Shown in pieces: positions 43,384 to 52,792 of a stretch of DNA of 64,000 bases. The stretch's first letter is position 1, and every line of letters begins with the position of its first letter. The notes under the pieces are model-generated. The model did no database searches. It was not told the origin of the DNA and was given only the letters and a program-made list of their open reading frames with translations. Source of the stretch: a virus; the IMG/VR virus record IMGVR_UViG_3300031673_000019, positions 6,958 through 70,957 of that record; one strand, written 5' to 3'. Both the position numbers and the translations under genes were made by a program.

Positions 43384-45866
43384 TGTCATACGAGAGCTTT
43401 CCAAGCAATGAACTTGATGGAGCACCGGAGTCGGGGCTCGACACGCCTGTTCTCTCGATTGCGGGGCAGGGGGATGGCTACATTGACCTTTCCTGGGGCG
43501 CCGTCGCGGGCGCCGCAAGGTATTGCGTCTTCTACTCGTTCACTCCAGGAGTCACGACAGACGCCGCGTCGCTGGCGTCTCTGAGCCTTGTCCTCAACCC
43601 TGGATCGGGTTCTAACCTTAGAATTGCTGACATAGATCAGACTGGCCTTGATATTACGTCTAATATCACGGTCGAGTGCTGGGTCAAGTTTGTTGGCGAT
43701 ATCTTCAATGACGATATCGACTTGGTTGCGAAAAATTCAGTCGTTTCGTCAGGTAGCTACGCCTTTCAGTTCCTGTACGGAGGAGGTGTACCGTCTCTGT
43801 CGTTTGCTTTGAGCGATGATGGAACGACGTTTGTGGATGTCACGAGGGCGTGGTCGCCGGTGGCAGACACCTGGTACCATCTCGCCGCGACCTGGAACAG
43901 CTCGCCTGACAGGGCGCGGATCTACGTAGACGGCGTACAGCTAGGGGCCGACGAGGTCCTTGGAATTGCTTCTGTCTTTGATGGGACCTCCGACTTCAAG
44001 ATTGGCCTCGGCGGTGCCGGCGTGTACACGTTCTATCTTGACGACGTGAGGGTTTGGGACGTCGAGCGTACGGCTGGTGAGATCTCTTCCAACCGCAGCG
44101 TTCAGCTAGACCCTGCCTCCGAGGCTGACCTGCAAGGTTACTACACGATGAGCGTCGTCGGGCGTGACGCGACGGCTAACGGCAATCATCTCTCCGAAGT
44201 TGGCTCGATTGCCTATGATGGCGATGTTCCGTTTGAGATCACTGGCACGTCGTTCAGGCACCTTGGCCTAGAGAGCGGCGCGCAGGTCTATTACATCATG
44301 GTGGCCAGGACGGCGGCAGCCGGGCGGTGCGGCTTTGGGGCAGGCACCGGCGTCTCTGCGGCCAGCGACGAAGAGAGCGGAGTTGCGCTAGGGGCTCCGA
44401 CGTTGTCTGTGGCGGCCGGGGATGGCGAGAACGTTGTGACATTCACTTTTGTGGCTGGCGCAACCTCTTACAATCTTTACTTTGGGGCGTCTGGGGCAGG
44501 CCTTGGTGGAACTAAGATTACAGGCGCCACGACGCCGTACACGCATACGGGCCTCACGAATGGAGTAGAGGTTTGCTATGTGGCGACGGCGGTTGTCGGC
44601 GGATCCGAGTCCGATGCATCGAACGAAGACTGCGGCACCCCGGCGGCCGTTGGGGGTACGGAAGATATTGTTTTGCTAATGGGCGGAGTTGTTGGCACCA
44701 ACGAAGTGAACATGGCCGCTCTGTATGATACCGGCGCAGGGACCTGGACGTCGGGGGTCAATATGCCCATCGGCAGGGACGGCGCGTTCATATGCAAGCC
44801 GGAATCAGAGTATGCATTCTATATAGCGGGGGAGACACTGTCTGCCATTCAAAGCACTGGTTATTTCTATAACCATGACCTGGATGTGTACGGGGCTATC
44901 CCAGCTTTCCCGGAAGTGCGTAACGCTGCGTCCGCGATTCATGTTCCTGGCAGCGTTCACCCAAGCGGGACCGATCGTTTCTTTATTATGCTGGGAGCGG
45001 ACGCCCTGGGCACCGGCGGCGCGACGAATACATCCTATGTGATTGATCCGAATTCGGGATATGCATCGTCGGCATTGGCTGTGTTCCCTTATGCGAATGG
45101 GTACCGTAGTGCCTGGGTTGGCTTAACGTCCAAGACGACCGATGGGAATCCGAAGCTCGTGATTATCTCAGGTGAGATCAGTAGCTCAGATCCGAACTAC
45201 CCTTCGTGCACAGGTGACGGCGAGGACAAGGTGTTTATTTACGATATAACAACCGACACCTGGAGCCAGGGCGCTGATATATCAGGGTTCACCACTGGCG
45301 GTGGAGTTTGTGCGTTTGACAGCACGTTAGATGGTCATTCGATGATCGTCATGGATGACGGAAGGATATTGACGGTCGGAGGAAAGTGGGAAAGCACCAC
45401 GCCTTCGTTTGGTGCATTGGCAGACTGCTTGATATATGACGCGGAGCTTGACACGTGGACAGCCACTGGTCCGCTGTCGGCGCCAAGGATGAGTGCATCT
45501 GTTTTGAGGTTGGCGAATGGAAAAATCATGGCCGTTGGCGGGCAGAATACCGCCAATACTTCAGTGGCGACGTGTGAGCTGTACGATCAGGCGCTCGGCA
45601 CATGGACCACAGCCGCACCAATGTCGATTGCAAGGGAAGCTCCTTTTGCAATTTTGCTGTCGAGTGGAAAAGTTCTCGTGGCTGGCGGGAAGACGGGGGG
45701 ATCGACGGCGACGAGCACGTGCGAGATATACGATCCTGACTTGGACACGTGGACTGCCACAGGCGCCCTGCCGACGGCGGCGGATCGCGGTGACGCAGAC
45801 ATCAGATCCGGCGTGCCAATGGGTGGCGGCGGGATGAATGGTCTTATGATTGTAGATACTTACTAG
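43383..45866 (+). CDS. receptor-binding protein: FN3-LamG-FN3-Kelch propeller
   Basis: ITVECWVK..WYHLAATWN..IYVDG..DDVRVW (LamG); repeated GKVLVAGG..CEIYDP..TWTATG (Kelch). Confidence 0.85.
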   Translation: MSYESFPSNELDGAPESGLDTPVLSIAGQGDGYIDLSWGAVAGAARYCVFYSFTPGVTTDAASLASLSLVLNPGSGSNLRIADIDQTGLDITSNITVECWVKFVGDIFNDDIDLVAKNSVVSSGSYAFQFLYGGGVPSLSFALSDDGTTFVDVTRAWSPVADTWYHLAATWNSSPDRARIYVDGVQLGADEVLGIASVFDGTSDFKIGLGGAGVYTFYLDDVRVWDVERTAGEISSNRSVQLDPASEADLQGYYTMSVVGRDATANGNHLSEVGSIAYDGDVPFEITGTSFRHLGLESGAQVYYIMVARTAAAGRCGFGAGTGVSAASDEESGVALGAPTLSVAAGDGENVVTFTFVAGATSYNLYFGASGAGLGGTKITGATTPYTHTGLTNGVEVCYVATAVVGGSESDASNEDCGTPAAVGGTEDIVLLMGGVVGTNEVNMAALYDTGAGTWTSGVNMPIGRDGAFICKPESEYAFYIAGETLSAIQSTGYFYNHDLDVYGAIPAFPEVRNAASAIHVPGSVHPSGTDRFFIMLGADALGTGGATNTSYVIDPNSGYASSALAVFPYANGYRSAWVGLTSKTTDGNPKLVIISGEISSSDPNYPSCTGDGEDKVFIYDITTDTWSQGADISGFTTGGGVCAFDSTLDGHSMIVMDDGRILTVGGKWESTTPSFGALADCLIYDAELDTWTATGPLSAPRMSASVLRLANGKIMAVGGQNTANTSVATCELYDQALGTWTTAAPMSIAREAPFAILLSSGKVLVAGGKTGGSTATSTCEIYDPDLDTWTATGALPTAADRGDADIRSGVPMGGGGMNGLMIVDTY

Positions 45867-45900
45867 GGCAACGCTCTAGATTGAGGTATAGGAAGATTTT

Positions 45901-48321
45901 ATGCCGGTCGATCAGCAAGCCCTTGACTCCTCTGCCATTGCCACGAGATGGAAGGAGCCGTACGTCTCGGCGTCCGTCAATCACCGTGGTGTCGGCATCC
46001 TTGCGCCGGGAATCTATCGGGGGCTAAAGCTCGCGGAAGACGGCGGCGCAGGAGATCGCACTGTCATCGTAGAGGACGATGCGGACTACGGCGACCACGT
46101 TGCCGGGTACGAGACGAGCGATGGGTACTTCATCCACTATCGCGATGCCTCAGCTGGCAACATTACCCTGACCCTGACGGATTATTCCAGCCAGACGGTC
46201 GTCGTAGCGATTTACATTGAGTACGCAATCGGTTCAGATACGACGGGCGTCTTCCGTACGTACACGGTTGCCGAATTTGATGCGCTCTCTGCTTCAGCAC
46301 GAGGAGAGCTGGTCGTTCTTGGGACAGTCGTCGTCCCGGCGTCTGGTGCGATTGTGGCGGCGAGTATCACGGCTGACCGGAGAACATCCGCGTCGGCCAA
46401 TCGCCAGCGTGGCACGGTTCAGGCCGCTCCTATTGTACGAAACCCGAGCTTTGAATTCGGCGTATCAGGAGATGCATACGAGCATTCTTCGCTGTTTTGG
46501 AGGAAAAAGTCTACGCTTGGTACTGGCACGTGGACTACGACCACGGCGACTGCGAATGTGGGCGCCAAGTCAGTTCTGCTCAGCGTAGCGTCGGGCCCGT
46601 TCTCAGGAGAGCTGATCCAGTCGATAGGCGCAGCGACGCGCGAGGGAGAATCCCTTATCTGCCAGCTGTTCGTCCGTCAGGTGCAAACGATATCCTCAGG
46701 CTCGATTGAAGCGTTCGTGGAGTTTGCTGACGCTGACGGGCGTGCGATGACGAGATCTACGGTTACGCTTGACGGAGGCGCAGCCGATGGGTCATTCCGT
46801 GAAGTTAGCTTTACGCTTACGGCCCCAGCGACAGCTACGTCTATTCGCACGCTAGGCATTCAGGCCGTATCCTTGGATCCGACGGCGCCGGGCGATGTTA
46901 TATACATCGATGATTTTACGGCGTTGATCGACGTCGAGGATACCAGGCTCTATAATCCGTATGATCAAAACTGGCGTCAGCCTGTCAACGTTGAATCGAT
47001 CGTGCTGCAGCAGCAGGACGACACAGAGTGGAACGATAATACGGCTTTAATCGAGTATGATGGTGCATCGCCGAGCACAGAAGGATCTGTAAAAATTGGA
47101 TCGGGGTCTTCGTCGCTGCCGCCGGCTCTTGCGATTTTCGGCAGAATTCTTGGTATTGGTTCCGGCCTGTCGGACAGTTTGTCCAATGGGCTGAAGCCAC
47201 GCATCCAGGCGGATGCTGCTACGACGTATACCGAGTACACGCCCATGTACACGATGGACGTGGCAGGGCAGGGGTCGGGACGCATCTACTCCCGCGACGA
47301 TGGGTCCCTCGTCATGACCGTAAACGCTCGGTGGGATGGCTCGATTTGGAACCAAGACGTTGCAGATGACTCCTCGCGACTTGATCTGAAAACCTCCGGC
47401 GTCGAAGTTCTTTTGAAAACGTCGACAGCAAGCTGGGCGGATGGGGCGTGGACATCAACGGCGGTCAGCGTAGGCACCGATGCTACGACATTGACAGACT
47501 TGATCGTGACCAGCCTGGGCGGGTCACGGATTAGCTCAGATGTCGAGTCACTCCAGCCGCGCCTTGAGGGGCCCGTCCGAGCCCTTGGCACCGAAGATGA
47601 CTACACGCTGATCTGGCGGTTCGGCACACCCAGCCTGAAGCAGTTCCGAATGTTCGTGAGCCCCACGGGGCGAATGTTCGGCACAGTCAACGCCGTCTAT
47701 GACGGCACCGATTGGACCAAGGACGTCAACGGCGAAGAGGCTATTGCCTTGGAGATGAGCGGCGGCGCCACGGCTGCAGCTACGATTTACATCCAAGAGA
47801 CAGGCACGGACACATGGTCCGACGGCGCATGGTCCGACACGGTTGCTTCGTTTGACGTCGGATCTCGATATAAGACGATCCCGCTATTCGCCGGGCGGGA
47901 TGACGGTGCAGACTGGGGCCTTGTTGTAAGCGCAACAGCTCCAGGAATTTATTGGTCAACAAATACAGGATCTGGAAGCTCCCTCTTCATACCCATACCT
48001 GTAGAATCGGGGGAGGTTATTGAATCTGTTACGGCGATAGTCGACAACCACATCGCCGGGACCAGCGGCGCCATGACTCTAGACATGGAGGTCCTCCAGT
48101 ACGCCCACGGCGTAACGGCGGCGACGGTGACATCGTTTGGCACGGACTCGATAGTGGATCTCGCAGACACTTTTGCTATCATTGCGTCCGTCAACTTGTC
48201 TTCGCATGTCGCGAGTGCAGTGAGCAACTCTTACTACATGCGTCTTGCTACTGGAGCAGGCGCCGCCGAGCGACGGGTTTCTGCGGCTTTCTACAAGTAC
48301 AAGAAACCATCCTGGAGCTAG
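45901..48321 (+). CDS. tail fibre/baseplate-attached protein with CBM-like domain
   Basis: RWKEPY..GIYRG N-terminal motif; IVRNPSFE carbohydrate-binding-module-like start. Confidence 0.75.
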   Translation: MPVDQQALDSSAIATRWKEPYVSASVNHRGVGILAPGIYRGLKLAEDGGAGDRTVIVEDDADYGDHVAGYETSDGYFIHYRDASAGNITLTLTDYSSQTVVVAIYIEYAIGSDTTGVFRTYTVAEFDALSASARGELVVLGTVVVPASGAIVAASITADRRTSASANRQRGTVQAAPIVRNPSFEFGVSGDAYEHSSLFWRKKSTLGTGTWTTTTATANVGAKSVLLSVASGPFSGELIQSIGAATREGESLICQLFVRQVQTISSGSIEAFVEFADADGRAMTRSTVTLDGGAADGSFREVSFTLTAPATATSIRTLGIQAVSLDPTAPGDVIYIDDFTALIDVEDTRLYNPYDQNWRQPVNVESIVLQQQDDTEWNDNTALIEYDGASPSTEGSVKIGSGSSSLPPALAIFGRILGIGSGLSDSLSNGLKPRIQADAATTYTEYTPMYTMDVAGQGSGRIYSRDDGSLVMTVNARWDGSIWNQDVADDSSRLDLKTSGVEVLLKTSTASWADGAWTSTAVSVGTDATTLTDLIVTSLGGSRISSDVESLQPRLEGPVRALGTEDDYTLIWRFGTPSLKQFRMFVSPTGRMFGTVNAVYDGTDWTKDVNGEEAIALEMSGGATAAATIYIQETGTDTWSDGAWSDTVASFDVGSRYKTIPLFAGRDDGADWGLVVSATAPGIYWSTNTGSGSSLFIPIPVESGEVIESVTAIVDNHIAGTSGAMTLDMEVLQYAHGVTAATVTSFGTDSIVDLADTFAIIASVNLSSHVASAVSNSYYMRLATGAGAAERRVSAAFYKYKKPSWS

Positions 48322-48330
48322 GAGGTTGGT

Positions 48331-48636
48331 ATGGGCGACCGTACAGGGACGGTGAGTGATGGAATTCCACGGGAAGTTGTTGATGAGATCACTGACCGCC
48401 TAGCCTCGGCATACGGCAACGACACGCCTTCCGACTCTGTACCGGACGGCCTTGCTGCGACGCTGGACGAGGTGCTGCTCTCGTTCGAGAGAGATCTGAT
48501 GAAGCTAAATCGCAGGCTTCGCAGGGAGACGGATGATATACTGCATCAGATCCGTGATGAGTATGCGGAAACGAGCGAAGCCATTAGCGAACTGAATGCG
48601 GAGCTTGATAGTGTCGTCAAGGGGAACATCGGATGA
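48331..48636 (+). CDS. acidic coiled-coil protein
   Basis: GGAGG SD; heptad pattern. Confidence 0.65.
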   Translation: MGDRTGTVSDGIPREVVDEITDRLASAYGNDTPSDSVPDGLAATLDEVLLSFERDLMKLNRRLRRETDDILHQIRDEYAETSEAISELNAELDSVVKGNIG

Positions 48637-49165
48637 GGCGGCGCTTTCTGTTCTAAATCAGATCAATCAGACGCAAAATCTCATCCAGTCGCTGCTCAAA
48701 GAGATGCGGGATGGGTCTGCGGAGCAGGCTTCGCTCAAAGCCGAGCTGAAGCAGCTGCGGCACAGCGTCTTGATTCTTTCAAATATCATCCGCGGCGGCG
48801 ACGGCCACAGCAAGCCTCTTCTTTCTGAGGTGGAGGTCCTCAAGCACTCTGACCTTCACCTTGACAAGCGGATCTCAACAGTCTCAGATGTTCTTGACTC
48901 TGAGATCGACGAGGTTGCGAACGCCCTCTCGAAGCAGATGGACGAGCTGAGGCGCCAGCACGAGGTGTCGATTAGGTCACTTGAGGAAAAGGTTGAAGCG
49001 TACAAGAAAGAGAAAGATGCGCAGGCAGTTGTTGCGATGCAGCTGCAGCACGATGAGCGCAAGGATTTGCGGCTCAATAAACGCCAGCTGTTTCAGGTCT
49101 GGTCCACGATCATCATTGCCGTCATCGCGTTCATCTCGTCGGCGATCTCGCTTTTTCGAGAGTGA
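48611..49165 (+). CDS. coiled-coil protein with C-terminal TM helix (holin/lysis-like?)
   Basis: Heptads then WSTIIIAVIAFISSAISLF; start uncertain (48596 or 48611). Confidence 0.6.
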   Translation: MSSRGTSDEAALSVLNQINQTQNLIQSLLKEMRDGSAEQASLKAELKQLRHSVLILSNIIRGGDGHSKPLLSEVEVLKHSDLHLDKRISTVSDVLDSEIDEVANALSKQMDELRRQHEVSIRSLEEKVEAYKKEKDAQAVVAMQLQHDERKDLRLNKRQLFQVWSTIIIAVIAFISSAISLFRE

Positions 49166-49263
49166 CTACACTCCTCGGAGTATCAAACATTTTCGGTGGA
49201 CAGGCGAACGTAGTTGCGCTGGCGAAGGATGCCCAGTGCTTGGATCTGAGCTAAGGAGCTATC

Positions 49264-49656
49264 ATGGCAGTTCGGGTATCCTTTGAAATTGATCTGCGTG
49301 TTTCTGAAAATACGCAAGCACTAAGCGAGCTGGGCAAGACACCCCCGTGGAAGGGAAAGTCAGACGTCCTCGACAACGGGGGCTCCTGGCGTCAGCGCAT
49401 CCTGGCGGGCGCAACCGACGTCGCCATTGACCTGAACGGCTTGTCGAACGGCAAGCTTGTCGCGATCAAGACGACGCAGGAAATTTCCATCAAGAAGAAC
49501 GACGCAGGCGGCGAAGCGTGGATCATAAGCCCGCTTGGCGTGGGCGCCGTCGAAGGCGTCTTCGTTGTCACGACAGATGCCATCACGGCTCTTTACGTTA
49601 CGAACGACGGAGCGCTCGATGCCGAAGTCACCTTTTCGATCGCAGGATTGGTGTAG
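49264..49656 (+). CDS. small beta-rich virion protein
   Basis: AAGGAG SD, 130 aa. Confidence 0.7.
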   Translation: MAVRVSFEIDLRVSENTQALSELGKTPPWKGKSDVLDNGGSWRQRILAGATDVAIDLNGLSNGKLVAIKTTQEISIKKNDAGGEAWIISPLGVGAVEGVFVVTTDAITALYVTNDGALDAEVTFSIAGLV

Positions 49657-49767
49657 CTCCAATATTCCTAGTCGCTTGCGGATCTTGATCAAAAACGGTA
49701 GGTTCGGTGTGGCCGATCCTGATCGGCGAAGACATAGTTGGGCCGTGTGGCCCGCACGGAGGACGAC

Positions 49768-50058
49768 ATGCTTACGTTGAACATCACGAACACATCTGGC
49801 ACAGACATCGCTGCGGGCGACGGCGTTCTTCCCAGCGCATTGAGCTGGGTTGACCTGGCCGACACTGCCAACGTCGACGTTGTGATTCAGGTCGGAGACC
49901 TCGCGAGGGTCGAGACCAACCACTCGGGCTTTACGTTTGGAGAGCTTCTCCAGCAGCTCAAGCAGCGTGGCATCTGCACGTACAACGTCACCGACCTCGG
50001 CGACGACGAAGATGACGGCAGCGTGGCGGACCACGCCGTCGCAACCGCAGCGGCGTAG
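49768..50058 (+). CDS. small virion protein homologous to the N-terminus of the tubulin/FtsZ protein
   Basis: GGAGG SD; SGF...LLQQL.Q.G motif shared with 38465. Confidence 0.8.
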   Translation: MLTLNITNTSGTDIAAGDGVLPSALSWVDLADTANVDVVIQVGDLARVETNHSGFTFGELLQQLKQRGICTYNVTDLGDDEDDGSVADHAVATAAA

Positions 50059-50064
50059 CTTTGA

Positions 50065-50099
50065 CTCAGGGGCCCCGGCCACAAGCTTGGGCCCCTGAG
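50065..50099 (+). other. 11-bp perfect stem-loop (3' stabiliser or processing site)
   Basis: CTCAGGGGCCC..GGGCCCCTGAG, no U tract. Confidence 0.65.
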
Positions 50100-50127
50100 C
50101 GCGTTTGCACGAAGGCTCGCGAGGTCT

Positions 50128-50448
50128 GTGATGGCATCAGATTATCTGAAAGAATACAAAAGGCTTTCCGTCCCGCTCCTGCAGCAAATTGCAGAGCAGG
50201 GCGCGATGCCCATGGGCGGACAGGCAGATCTGACTCCCATCAAGAACAGGGCTCGCGAAGCGGTTGAAGCGCTCAACGACGCGCAGCGCGCGTGCGATGC
50301 CGGACGCACCGAGGATGCGATGGAGGCGATGCGTCGTGCACGATCGGTGATCGACATCGCGCTGGGAGCATCGCTTGGCACTCATGGCGCAGCGATGCCG
50401 TCCGGCGCGGGCGGCGCTGCTGGCTCTGGTGGTTACGGAAGGTACTAG
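50128..50448 (+). CDS. hypothetical protein
   Basis: GAGGT SD; Gly-rich tail. Confidence 0.6.
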   Translation: MMASDYLKEYKRLSVPLLQQIAEQGAMPMGGQADLTPIKNRAREAVEALNDAQRACDAGRTEDAMEAMRRARSVIDIALGASLGTHGAAMPSGAGGAAGSGGYGRY

Positions 50449-50867
50449 TGGCCTCCGACTGGGATCGAACGTTACCTGATGAGGCGTTTGAGGCGCCGCC
50501 GGTCCTTGGCGCCGACGCGCATCAGATTACGATTCGGCAATGTCAGTTGGTTCGTCGCAGGCTGGTGACACGGGGCGATAGCAGAACGATGTCGCTACAT
50601 GACGCGGTGAGTAAGTTGGCGCCGACGAGGACGCCACGAGCCATGACTAACGTGGCACGGTTACGTACTGGTCAGTACATTGGGATCAGAAAAAAAGATC
50701 GGGCCAACTTTGTGATTGTGAACCCAACCAAGGATGGAGATATCCGGTGGTTGCTTGCGCAGCGCCCTGATATGGCAAACCAGATCTCAGAGGTTTACCT
50801 TGTCGAGGGTGTTGTGATACGCAGAAGTGTCATCGACTTGCCGGTACTCGGCGCTGACGGAGCATGA
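50448..50867 (+). CDS. hypothetical protein
   Basis: GTG50448 overlapping the upstream TAG. Confidence 0.55.
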   Translation: MASDWDRTLPDEAFEAPPVLGADAHQITIRQCQLVRRRLVTRGDSRTMSLHDAVSKLAPTRTPRAMTNVARLRTGQYIGIRKKDRANFVIVNPTKDGDIRWLLAQRPDMANQISEVYLVEGVVIRRSVIDLPVLGADGA

Positions 50868-50868
50868 T

Positions 50869-51507
50869 ATGAGCAGGCGGGCTACCAATCTCCTCGAAGA
50901 GATGCAAACCATTTTCGGCTCCGAGTTCGGCGCTGGTCGCGAAAGCTTGACCGAAAGCGTCGACGAGCTAGGCGAGGCCCGCGGACGCGGGATGCAGCGA
51001 GGCGCAAGGAGCGGCAAACAGAGCCGTGAAAAGCAGGCTGATGGCGATCGGCGTTCAGCCAGGTCGATTCAGGACATTGCACGGCGCACCGCTGGCAAGT
51101 CGAACGACAAGAGCAACAGCGATGCCGAGGGCAAGCTTGCTAAGTTCCGGGCTGTCCGAGACAAAGCGCCTGCCAAGGAGCCGGAGAAGGCCTCAGCTGG
51201 CAAGGCTGCAAGCAAGGCGTCGGCAGGGGCAGCCAGTTCGGGCAGTGGCGAGCGTCACTTCCCGTTCAAGCGCAGCTCCGACCTGGGGCCTGGGCCTCGT
51301 GAGCAAAAGCTCAAGCAGACGAAGTGCTGGAAGTGCAAGTGCGCTGGCATCTACAGCAGCGGTTGCACGTGCGTTGCCGTTGGCAAGGGCGAGAATTGCC
51401 CGACCGGCAGCAAGAAGAAGCTGAAGTACAACAAGGGCTACAAGACGAAGTACAACAAGGACTATCGTCAGTGGCGCGCTGATAAGTTCCACTCGCGCAG
51501 CAAGTAG
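50869..51507 (+). CDS. basic protein with Cys-rich C-terminus, probable head-internal
   Basis: LLEE/LTES/LGEA N-terminal motifs; CWKCKC..CTC..C then Lys/Tyr-rich end. Confidence 0.7.
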   Translation: MSRRATNLLEEMQTIFGSEFGAGRESLTESVDELGEARGRGMQRGARSGKQSREKQADGDRRSARSIQDIARRTAGKSNDKSNSDAEGKLAKFRAVRDKAPAKEPEKASAGKAASKASAGAASSGSGERHFPFKRSSDLGPGPREQKLKQTKCWKCKCAGIYSSGCTCVAVGKGENCPTGSKKKLKYNKGYKTKYNKDYRQWRADKFHSRSK

Positions 51508-51553
51508 CCGCGCTGCGGCACTTCCCTGGGTCGACTAAACAAGGACGAAGACG

Positions 51554-51766
51554 ATGGATATTTCTCGGGTAAACGGTCTCCTCGATCAGGTTCGTGTCAG
51601 GCTTGAGTCTCTGGACGAAGACACGATGGAGCTTCAGGTCGGTGCGGATTATGAGAATAATCCTGATCGGCTTGCTGTCGCGAAGGGACGTCTGGACCAT
51701 CTGATGCAGAAGCTTCGCGCAGGTCGCGAGAATTCGAATCAGATCCAGGCATACGGAACTCGCTAA
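51554..51766 (+). CDS. small hypothetical protein
   Basis: AAGGA SD; LESLDED motif. Confidence 0.6.
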   Translation: MDISRVNGLLDQVRVRLESLDEDTMELQVGADYENNPDRLAVAKGRLDHLMQKLRAGRENSNQIQAYGTR

Positions 51767-51797
51767 GAGCTTGCCCTTTTCTGGGCCAGGAGCGGGG

Positions 51798-52781
51798 ATG
51801 TCCTACATACCTCCGACCGTAGAGCGTGTAGCCAAGCAGATAGCTCGCGTCCCAGGCGTTGAGCTATCTGCTATTGCACGTGATGGAGCGGTTGATGCTG
51901 TTATTGAAGGCGGCTACAACCGTCCGCTGCGAGAGCAGCTCCTGGGGATGGGGCATCGCCAGATGGTCCCCGTTCGCGTGTTCTATCGGATGTCCGATGG
52001 GCGAGCGATCGGCGAGTCGGAGGCACGCTCGTACGAGGAGGCGCTAGAGGACTACTACACGGACGTGCACGTGTCCGGGTTTGTTGGTTCTCGCGTTGAT
52101 CCTGACCCGAGCGAGTCTGGCGGTGACGCCTATGGGTCGTGGTCGGCAAAGGCCGACGATGACCGCGATGCCGTGGGGCAGCTGAAGCTCTGTCGTATCC
52201 GCCAACGGACGCGCGGGCGCCCTGTGGTGGGCTGGCGATACGGGGACAAGGCTGTCCGCAAAGGGGATAAGATCAAATTCAACCGGCCGGCCACATTGCA
52301 GTGGACGATGGGTAGAACGGTCAACGTTCGGCCCGGGGCCGAGGCTCACGTCGCCGACATGTCGTCTCGGACGCCCATTCTGTACGCGAAGATGGGTGGG
52401 CGGGACCAGATTGAGGTTCCAGTGCATGCGCTGGGGCATATCTACGACGTGATGACATCGCCAAGGCTGGAGCAGGTTGAGGCGAAGAAGCGTTCTGAGC
52501 TGCCCCCGGAGTTCCAGCGGCTTGTGATGGCCGTGGGCTTTGGACGCTTGCCTGGCATTGACGATACGCCTACGAACACCAAGCATTTCAAGGGCCCCAA
52601 GCTTCCTGATCTGCATGGCTACGCAGGCGTCGGCGAATCAAGCGAGTCGGAAGAGGACAAGCTGGTTGCGCCGCCCGAGAAGGCGGACACGATCAAGATT
52701 CGGAAGGGCGGAGAGGTCAAGCAGGTACTGCTCGGCCGTGACGACCACGTCAAGACCTTCTCAAGGAAGCGTCGATCGTAA
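51798..52781 (+). CDS. hypothetical protein
   Basis: ATG51798 after GGAG; 327 aa. Confidence 0.65.
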   Translation: MSYIPPTVERVAKQIARVPGVELSAIARDGAVDAVIEGGYNRPLREQLLGMGHRQMVPVRVFYRMSDGRAIGESEARSYEEALEDYYTDVHVSGFVGSRVDPDPSESGGDAYGSWSAKADDDRDAVGQLKLCRIRQRTRGRPVVGWRYGDKAVRKGDKIKFNRPATLQWTMGRTVNVRPGAEAHVADMSSRTPILYAKMGGRDQIEVPVHALGHIYDVMTSPRLEQVEAKKRSELPPEFQRLVMAVGFGRLPGIDDTPTNTKHFKGPKLPDLHGYAGVGESSESEEDKLVAPPEKADTIKIRKGGEVKQVLLGRDDHVKTFSRKRRS

Positions 52782-52792
52782 ACTGAGCGTCG

